Positions 57,584-64,000 of a DNA stretch of 64,000 nucleotides are shown piece after piece. Position numbers and translations under genes: made by a program. Source of the stretch: Gammaproteobacteria bacterium (lineage in GTDB: Bacteria; Pseudomonadota; Gammaproteobacteria; SZUA-140); assembly GCA_016218365.1 (NCBI GenBank), contig JACREF010000005.1:130-64129 (forward strand), read 5' to 3'. The first letter of the stretch is position 1. Each line of letters opens with the position of its first letter. The notes beneath the pieces are model-generated. The model did not search any database, was not told the DNA's origin, and was given only the letters and a program-made list of their open reading frames with translations.

Positions 57584-59269
57584 TTATTTATCGTTCGCAC
57601 CCATCTGTTGCTTTAACAGATCGCCGAGTCGGGTCGTTGACACCCCGCCATCGGATGCCCGACCGTAATCCTTGACGGCCTGCGCCTCTTCATATTCATC
57701 CTTGGCCTTGATCGACAATACAATGGAATGGCCCTTGCGATCCACCCCCATGACCCGCGCCTCGATGCTGCTGCCGACGGTCAATGCAGTGCGGGCGTCC
57801 TCGATGCGTTCGCGGTTGATATCGCCGACCTTGACGTAGCCTTCGACATTTTCAGCCAGCGTGACCACCGCGCCCTTGGCGTCGACGTCCTTGACGGTAC
57901 CGGTGACGATGCTGCCCTTCGGATGCTCACCGACATAGCTTGAGAATGGATCCTGCTCGATCTGCTTGATACCCAGCGAGATGCGCTCGCGCTCGGCATC
58001 GATGCTGAGGATCACGGCGTCGATCTCGTCACCCTTCTTGTATTTCTGTACCAGCTCCTCGCCGCCGCCTTCGTTCCATGACAGGTCCGACAGGTGCAAC
58101 AGGCCGTCAATACCACCGTTCAGACCGACGAAGATACCGAAATCGGTGATCGACTTGATGACGCCCGACACCTTGTCACCCTTGGTATGGGTGGCGGCAA
58201 ATTCCTGCCACGGGTTGCTCTGGCACTGCTTGATGCCCAGCGAGATGCGACGCCGCTCCTCATCGATATCCAGGATCATCACCTCCACCTCGTCACCGAG
58301 GCTGACCACCTTGGAGGGGTGGATGTTCTTGTTGGTCCAGTCCATCTCGGAGACGTGCACCAGCCCTTCGACACCATCCTCAATCTCGACAAAGCAACCG
58401 TAGTCCGCGATGTTGGTGATCTTGCCGAACACCCGGGTGTTGACCGGATAACGACGCTTGATGTTGGCCCATGGATCCTCGCCCAGCTGCTTCAGGCCCA
58501 GCGACACACGGTTGCGCTCCTTGTCGAACTTCAGCACCTTGACATCGATCTCGTCGCCGATATTGACGATATCCGATGGCTGCTTGACGCGCTTCCATGC
58601 CATATCGGTGATATGCAGCAGACCATCGACACCGCCGAGGTCAATGAAGGCGCCGTAGTCGGTGAGGTTCTTGACCACACCCTTGATGACCTGGCCTTCC
58701 TGCAGATTCGTCAACAGCGCTTCGCGTTCGGCGCTGGATTCCTTCTCGACCACGGCACGGCGCGACACCACCACGTTGTTGCGCTGGCGGTCCAGTTTGA
58801 CAATCTTGAAATCGAGGGTCTTGCCTTCGAGGAAGCTGACATCGCGGACCGGACGGACATCGACCAGCGAACCGGGCAGGAAGGCACGGATATCGCCGAG
58901 TTCGACGGTGAAACCACCCTTGACCTTGCCGGTCAGGATGCCCTGGATGGTGACGTTCTTTTCCATCGCCTTTTCCAGTTCCACCCATTTCTGGGCACGT
59001 TTTGCCTTTTCACGCGACAACCGGGTGCCGCCGAAACCGTCTTCCAGCGCCTCCAGTGCCACTTCGATATCATCACCGACGCTGACCGTCAGCTCACCAG
59101 CCTCGTTCTTGAATTCTGCGACCGGAATCACGCTCTCGGATTTCAGTCCGGCATGGACGATGACAAAGTCATCACGGATCGCAACCACGGTGCCGGTGAT
59201 GATGGCACCATGCTTCATCTGCTGTTTGCTGAAGCTCTCTTCCAGTAATTGTGCAAAACTTTCGCTCAT
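57584..59269 (-). CDS. rpsA: 30S ribosomal protein S1
   Basis: [12 protein letters not shown], six S1 domains ([22 protein letters not shown] etc.). Confidence 0.98.
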   Translation of the reverse strand: MSESFAQLLEESFSKQQMKHGAIITGTVVAIRDDFVIVHAGLKSESVIPVAEFKNEAGELTVSVGDDIEVALEALEDGFGGTRLSREKAKRAQKWVELEKAMEKNVTIQGILTGKVKGGFTVELGDIRAFLPGSLVDVRPVRDVSFLEGKTLDFKIVKLDRQRNNVVVSRRAVVEKESSAEREALLTNLQEGQVIKGVVKNLTDYGAFIDLGGVDGLLHITDMAWKRVKQPSDIVNIGDEIDVKVLKFDKERNRVSLGLKQLGEDPWANIKRRYPVNTRVFGKITNIADYGCFVEIEDGVEGLVHVSEMDWTNKNIHPSKVVSLGDEVEVMILDIDEERRRISLGIKQCQSNPWQEFAATHTKGDKVSGVIKSITDFGIFVGLNGGIDGLLHLSDLSWNEGGGEELVQKYKKGDEIDAVILSIDAERERISLGIKQIEQDPFSSYVGEHPKGSIVTGTVKDVDAKGAVVTLAENVEGYVKVGDINRERIEDARTALTVGSSIEARVMGVDRKGHSIVLSIKAKDEYEEAQAVKDYGRASDGGVSTTRLGDLLKQQMGANDK

Positions 59270-59358
59270 GTTAGTCCCCAGATCCGTCGCGGATCCGCTG
59301 TGCTGAATACTCAGCGGTTGATTGATATCTGCCTGAACATGTTATTCAGGCACCTCAT

Positions 59359-59475
59359 GAAGCTCTGATCAATACGTCATTCCGGGCGCCGCCAGACGGC
59401 GACCCGGAATCCAGCACTTGCCGATCAGCAGGTTACTGGATGCCCGCATACGCGGGAATGACTACACAAATCAGC
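59359..59475. repeat. Family B variant (shell-like ends plus a GTCATTCCGGG REP doublet)
   Basis: GAAGCTCTGATCAATAC-GTCATTCCGGGCGCCG...CCCGGAATCCAG...CTGGATGCCCGCATACGCGGGAATGAC. Confidence 0.72.
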
Positions 59476-59481
59476 TCATCC

Positions 59482-60183
59482 CTAACTACTGTGATGTCCT
59501 GCTAGACCACTGCGTTGCCATAGTTCGAGGATGCGGTCCACCACCTGTTCGACAGGGATTACCGTGCTGTCGAGCAGGATTGCATCATCGGCCATGCGTA
59601 ACGGAGCGGCCTGACGTGCGCCATCACGTGCGTCACGTCGTTCGATCTCGTCTAAAAGGGTGACTAGGTTAACATCGATCCCCTTTTCTTTCAACTGTTT
59701 ATACCGGCGCAGGGCACGTTCCTGCTGGCTGGCGGTAAGAAAAATCTTCAATTGTGCGCCGGGGAAGACCACCGTCCCCATGTCACGGCCATCGGCCACC
59801 AGACCCGGCGCCCGGCAAAACCCCCGCTGCCGGCCGAGCAGGGCGTCACGCACCGCCGGCAAGGCCGCGACCCGGGATGCCGCTGCCGCGACCTGTTCGC
59901 TGCGGATCTCGGCGCTGACCTCGACGCCCTCGAGCATGATCCGCCCCTCGTCGACGCCCCCGTCACTCTCGAAACGGACATCGAGCTGCCCGGCCAGCTG
60001 GCCGAGCGGCTGCTCATCTTCGAGGCTGATGCCATGCTGCAGCGCCGCCAGTCCGACCAGCCGGTACAAGGCGCCGCTGTCGAGAAAATGCCAGCCCAGC
60101 CGCCAGGCCACGAGGCGGCTGACGGTCCCTTTACCGGAACCGCTGGGTCCATCAACGGTGATCACTGGTGCCTGTGTGCCCAT
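59482..60183 (-). CDS. cmk: Cytidylate kinase
   Basis: [36 protein letters not shown]. Start set at ATG 60183 because the longer ORF reads through repeats. Confidence 0.95.
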   Translation of the reverse strand: MGTQAPVITVDGPSGSGKGTVSRLVAWRLGWHFLDSGALYRLVGLAALQHGISLEDEQPLGQLAGQLDVRFESDGGVDEGRIMLEGVEVSAEIRSEQVAAAASRVAALPAVRDALLGRQRGFCRAPGLVADGRDMGTVVFPGAQLKIFLTASQQERALRRYKQLKEKGIDVNLVTLLDEIERRDARDGARQAAPLRMADDAILLDSTVIPVEQVVDRILELWQRSGLAGHHSS

Positions 60184-60207
60184 AGAGTCCCTACCCCTGT
60201 CATTAAC

Positions 60208-60362
60208 CGCCGTCCATGGTTCGATACGGCGCTCGAGCCTGCCCTGAGTAGCGGCACAGCCGCGTATGGTTCGATACGGCGCTGCGCGCCTACTCACCAC
60301 GATCGGCCTCATCCTCCCCGTTCGCCCTGAGTAGCGATGCGTAGCATCGCGTATCGAAGGGC
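60208..60362. repeat. Family A REP-like cluster between aroA and cmk
   Basis: CCCTGAGTA-hairpin-GTATCGAAGGG and TGGTTCGATACGGC..CCTACTCACCACG units. Confidence 0.85.
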
Positions 60363-60371
60363 GACACCCGA

Positions 60372-61706
60372 TCACCCGGCCAGCGCGATGCGCAGGCCCG
60401 CCCGCTGCGCCAGCTCGACAAACCCCGGGAACGAGGTCGCGACATTGGCACAATCTTGGATCTCGATCATCCCACTCGCGCGCAAGGCCGCCATCGCAAA
60501 CGCCATCGCGATGCGGTGATCACCGTGGCTGTCGACGACGCCACGGCCGATGCTTCCACCCTCAATAACAATGCCATCCGGCGTCGGCATCGCGGTAACA
60601 CCGACGACCTGCAGGCCATCGGCCATGACCTGGATCCGGTCGCTCTCCTTAACGCGCAGCTCCTCGGCCCCGGTCAACCGGGTCGTACCACGGGCGCAGG
60701 CCGCGGCGATGAACAAGGCCGGGAATTCGTCGATCGCCAGCGGCACCTGGTCCTCGGGGATGTCGATACCGTGCAGCGCCGCGGCGCGCACCCGGATGTC
60801 GGCCACCGGCTCGCCACCGACTGTGCGTTCATTGAGCAATGTGATGTCGCCGCCCATCAGCCGCAGAATATTGATGACGCCGATCCGCGTCGGGTTGATG
60901 CCGACATGGCTCAGCGTGACATCGGAGCCGGCGGCGATGCTGGCGCCGACCATGAAAAAGGCCGCTGACGAGATGTCGGCCGGCACATCGATCGCCGTCG
61001 CGGTCAGCCGCCCGCCGCCCGTGACGCAGGCGGTGCTGCCCTGACGTTCAACGCTATAGCCAAAACCCTGCAGCATCCGTTCGGTGTGGTCGCGGGTCGG
61101 CGCCGGTTCGCTGACACAGGTCCGGCCTTGGGCATACAACCCGGCCAGCAGCAGCGAGGATTTGACCTGCGCGCTGGCCATCGGCATCTGATACGAGATT
61201 CCATGCAGCAGCTGGCCGCCGTGGACCTGCAACGGCGGCGTGCCGGTTGCGGTCGCAGTGATGCGCGCACCCATCGTGGACAGCGGTTCGGTGACGCGGC
61301 GCATCGGCCGGCGCGACAGCGAGGCATCACCGGTCATCTGGACATCAAAGGACTGGCCGGCCAGCAGACCGGCCAGCAGCCGCATCGAGGTGCCGGAGTT
61401 GCCCAGATCCAGCGGTTTGTCCGGGGCACGCAGGCCATGCAGGCCGACGCCGTGAATGACCACCTGACCATGATCCGGGCCGTCGATCCGCACCCCCATG
61501 TCGCGAAAGGCCTGCAGCGTCGCCAGGCTGTCCTCGCCCTCGAGAAAGCCGCTGACCCGGGTCACGCCGTCGGCCAGCGCACCGAGCATGATCGAACGGT
61601 GCGAGATCGACTTGTCACCCGGCACCCGGACCGTCCCGGACAACTGGCCGCCGGCCTCTATGCTAAACTCCAGACTCGAGCCGCTCATCGCCGCATTATT
61701 CCTCAC
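60372..61706 (-). CDS. aroA: 3-phosphoshikimate 1-carboxyvinyltransferase (EPSP synthase)
   Basis: [49 protein letters not shown] (start 61706 or 61688). Confidence 0.96.
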   Translation of the reverse strand: MRNNAAMSGSSLEFSIEAGGQLSGTVRVPGDKSISHRSIMLGALADGVTRVSGFLEGEDSLATLQAFRDMGVRIDGPDHGQVVIHGVGLHGLRAPDKPLDLGNSGTSMRLLAGLLAGQSFDVQMTGDASLSRRPMRRVTEPLSTMGARITATATGTPPLQVHGGQLLHGISYQMPMASAQVKSSLLLAGLYAQGRTCVSEPAPTRDHTERMLQGFGYSVERQGSTACVTGGGRLTATAIDVPADISSAAFFMVGASIAAGSDVTLSHVGINPTRIGVINILRLMGGDITLLNERTVGGEPVADIRVRAAALHGIDIPEDQVPLAIDEFPALFIAAACARGTTRLTGAEELRVKESDRIQVMADGLQVVGVTAMPTPDGIVIEGGSIGRGVVDSHGDHRIAMAFAMAALRASGMIEIQDCANVATSFPGFVELAQRAGLRIALAG

Positions 61707-62589
61707 CCTTCAGACCGACGATATGGCGGTCACGCAACTGTTTGGCGCCGGCAAACAGCTGCTGCAGGCCGGCGCCATCTTCATGTTCAATCAAGGCCTG
61801 CAACGCGGACAGCCGCCCGCTGTAGGCGGCCAGCACCGCCTGGATCGCCGCGCGGTTGGCCAGGCAGATGTCACGCCACATCACCGGGTCACTGGAGGCG
61901 ACCCGCGACACGTCACGAAAACCGCCGGCCGCATAACGAAAGATCTCCGCCGTCGGATCGATTCTGCCCAAGGTATCCACCAGCGTATAGGCCAGCAGGT
62001 GTGGCAGGTGACTGGTTGCGGCCAGTGCTGCATCGTGCTGTTCAACGGTGGTCTGTACCAGCTGGGCGCCCGTGCTGCGCCACATCTGTTGCACGGTCTG
62101 CAAGGCCGCGGCGGCGGTCTCCGGCAGCGGCGTCAGCATCACGCTGTGATTGGCAAACAATTCGGCGAACGAGGCCTCAACCCCGCTGTGTTCGGTGCCG
62201 GCGATCGGGTGACCGGGGACAAATGAGGCGATCCGCTCACCGAGGGCCTGCCGGGCGGCGCTGACGACACTGCCCTTGGCGCTGCCGACATCGGTGATAA
62301 CGGCCTGTGGCGGCACGGCCACGGCGAGCTGGCGGAACAGCTCCGGCAGCGCGCCCAATGGCACGGCCAGCACCACCAGGTCGGCGCCGGCCACGGCGCT
62401 GGCGACATCGGTCGCATAGCGGTCGATGACACCGAGCTGCTGCGCCCGCACCAGGCCCGCGCTGTCCGGCTGACAGCCGACGATCTGATCGACGACAGCG
62501 GCGCGGCGCAGCGCCCGGGCCAATGACCCGCCGATCAGACCGACGCCGATGACGGTCAGTTGGCGGATGTGCCAGGCCGTAGCCACCAA
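61696..62589 (-). CDS. tyrA: Prephenate/arogenate dehydrogenase
   Basis: IGVGLIGGS, TDVGSAK, HPIAGTE, SHLPH, GGFRD..R.A.SDPVMW. Confidence 0.93.
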   Translation of the reverse strand: MVATAWHIRQLTVIGVGLIGGSLARALRRAAVVDQIVGCQPDSAGLVRAQQLGVIDRYATDVASAVAGADLVVLAVPLGALPELFRQLAVAVPPQAVITDVGSAKGSVVSAARQALGERIASFVPGHPIAGTEHSGVEASFAELFANHSVMLTPLPETAAAALQTVQQMWRSTGAQLVQTTVEQHDAALAATSHLPHLLAYTLVDTLGRIDPTAEIFRYAAGGFRDVSRVASSDPVMWRDICLANRAAIQAVLAAYSGRLSALQALIEHEDGAGLQQLFAGAKQLRDRHIVGLKGEE

Positions 62590-62606
62590 CTATCCCGCCA
62601 CCACGA

Positions 62607-63623
62607 TCACAGCTCGCGGCCCAGCACGGCGGCGATGCCGCGCAGTTCGCCCATCAGGGTGACCAGCTCCTGCGGGTTCAAGGCCTGATCGGCATCACAC
62701 CAGGCCTCGGACGGACAGGGGTGGGCCTCGACCAGCAGGCCGTCGGCACCGGCGGCGATTGCCGCCCGCGCCAGCGCCGGCACCATCCACGCCTTGCCGC
62801 CGGCATGGCTGGGGTCGATGATCACTGGCAGATGGGTCTCGCGTTTCAGCACCGGCACCGCGGTGACATCCAGCATGTTGCGGTAGGCGGTCTCGAAGCT
62901 GCGCACGCCGCGCTCGCAGAAGATGATATTGTGGTTGCCGCCGGCGGCGATGTATTCGGCCGACATCAGCCATTCGGAGATCGTCGCCGCCATGCCACGC
63001 TTTAATATCACCGGGGTATGGGTCCGTCCGACCTCTTTCAACAAATCGAAATTCTGCATATTGCGGGTACCGATCTGGATCACATCGACCCCGTATTTGA
63101 GAAAGGTGTCGAGCATCCGTACATCCATCAGCTCGGTGACGATCGGCAGGCCGTGCCGGTCGGCGGCCTTGCGAAACATCTCCAGCCCTTCAACACCGGC
63201 GCCCTGGAAGGCATACGGGCTGGTGCGCGGCTTGAAGGCACCGCCACGCATCAAGCGGCAACCGGCGGCCTTGACCGCGGCGGCCGAGCTGTCCATCTGC
63301 GGCTGGGTCTCGACCGAACACGGACCAGCGATGACCTGCACGGTGTTGCCACCGATCGGGATGCCGCGCACATTGACCACGGTACGCGATGGATGGGTCT
63401 CGCGGGCGACGATCTTGTACGGCTTCATGACCCGGACGACGCGGTCGACACCGGGCAGCGCCTCAAAGGCCTCCTGATCGAGCTTGACCTCGTCGCCGAT
63501 CGCGCCGATCACCGTGCGTTCGATGCCGCGTGACACATTGCAGCGCATGCCCAGCGACTGGAGTCTGTGCTCGACCTGGCTGATCTCGGTGTCACCGGCG
63601 CTGGCATTCATGATGATGATCAT
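62607..63623 (-). CDS. aroF: DAHP synthase, class I-beta with N-terminal regulatory domain
   Basis: IAGPCSVE, RGGAFKPRTSPYAFQG, QIGTRNMQNF, DPSHAGG. Confidence 0.93.
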   Translation of the reverse strand: MIIIMNASAGDTEISQVEHRLQSLGMRCNVSRGIERTVIGAIGDEVKLDQEAFEALPGVDRVVRVMKPYKIVARETHPSRTVVNVRGIPIGGNTVQVIAGPCSVETQPQMDSSAAAVKAAGCRLMRGGAFKPRTSPYAFQGAGVEGLEMFRKAADRHGLPIVTELMDVRMLDTFLKYGVDVIQIGTRNMQNFDLLKEVGRTHTPVILKRGMAATISEWLMSAEYIAAGGNHNIIFCERGVRSFETAYRNMLDVTAVPVLKRETHLPVIIDPSHAGGKAWMVPALARAAIAAGADGLLVEAHPCPSEAWCDADQALNPQELVTLMGELRGIAAVLGREL

Positions 63624-63657
63624 TGCGTATTCCTGCTATAACTAAATGACTGCAATT

Positions 63658-63813
63658 TAAGAACCTCTGATTAATTCAAAAATTACCACAGCCGTCATTC
63701 CCGCGAAAGCGGGAATCCAGGTATTACAGGCCTTTATGGATGCCCGCTGGAGGCCTGCCCTCGACCCGATCGGGGCGGGCATGACGACAATTCGATTAAT
63801 CAGAACCTCTCTA
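63658..63813. mobile_element. Family B composite MITE
   Basis: GAACCTCTGATTAATTCAAAATTACCACAGCCGTCATTCCCGCGAAAGCGGGAATCCAG...GGGCATGACGACAATTCGATTAATCAGA; abuts the pheA stop. Confidence 0.82.
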
Positions 63814-64000
63814 AACGACTGCCCGGGGATAAGAACCGAGCACCTTGACCATCGAGGCCTGCTGTTCCAGCTCGCGCAGCGCACCGGCCACGGCCGGCTC
63901 CTGGACATGCCCTTCGACATCGACGAAAAACACATACTCCCACACCGCACGCCGCGACGGCCGCGATTCGATCCGCGTCAGCGTGATGCCCTGACGCGAG
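63811..64000 (-). CDS. pheA: Chorismate mutase/prephenate dehydratase, C-terminal ACT domain (partial)
   Basis: Manual translation ..ITLTRIESRPSRRAVWEYVFFVDVEGH...VKVLGSYPRAVV*. Confidence 0.9.
   Translation of the reverse strand, partial: SRQGITLTRIESRPSRRAVWEYVFFVDVEGHVQEPAVAGALRELEQQASMVKVLGSYPRAVV

Noticed and set aside
1..64000. tRNA, rRNA, prophage or autonomous transposase genes
   Set aside because: None recognised by eye; the intergenic gaps are explained by repeats, promoters or terminators. A tRNAscan/Rfam run would be needed to exclude small RNAs.

Overview
GC-rich chromosomal window, most likely from a chemolithoautotrophic (probably sulfur-oxidising) gammaproteobacterium. It carries a form II RubisCO cluster (cbbM-cbbQ-cbbO), a persulfide/sulfide-handling operon with a clear promoter and operator, and housekeeping genes (hrpA, typA, uup, a Glu/Leu/Phe/Val dehydrogenase, and pheA-aroF-tyrA-aroA-cmk-rpsA-ihfB-lapA-lapB-pyrF-comEA). 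It also has a truncated polysaccharide locus (manC-cysC-gmd-fcl-ugd') and a YaiO/LtaS-like/glycoside-hydrolase-like cluster at the left edge. The main accessory feature is an integrase-less integron cassette array at about 44.4-48.3 kb: a SLATT(DUF4231)+TIR gene pair, a PaeR7I/XhoI-type restriction-modification pair, and an unknown 2-TM/Zn-ribbon gene. The array lies between two ~80 bp direct repeats exactly 5100 bp apart, and the right repeat sits at a ugd'/'cls deletion junction. Intergenic DNA is full of nested, non-autonomous repeats of several families. These include a 122 bp MITE that inserts with an 11 bp target duplication into another repeat, and decaying 'stutter' repeats at element ends. 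No rRNA, tRNA, CRISPR array, integrase or transposase was recognised. Family assignments come from motif recognition by eye, not from database searches.
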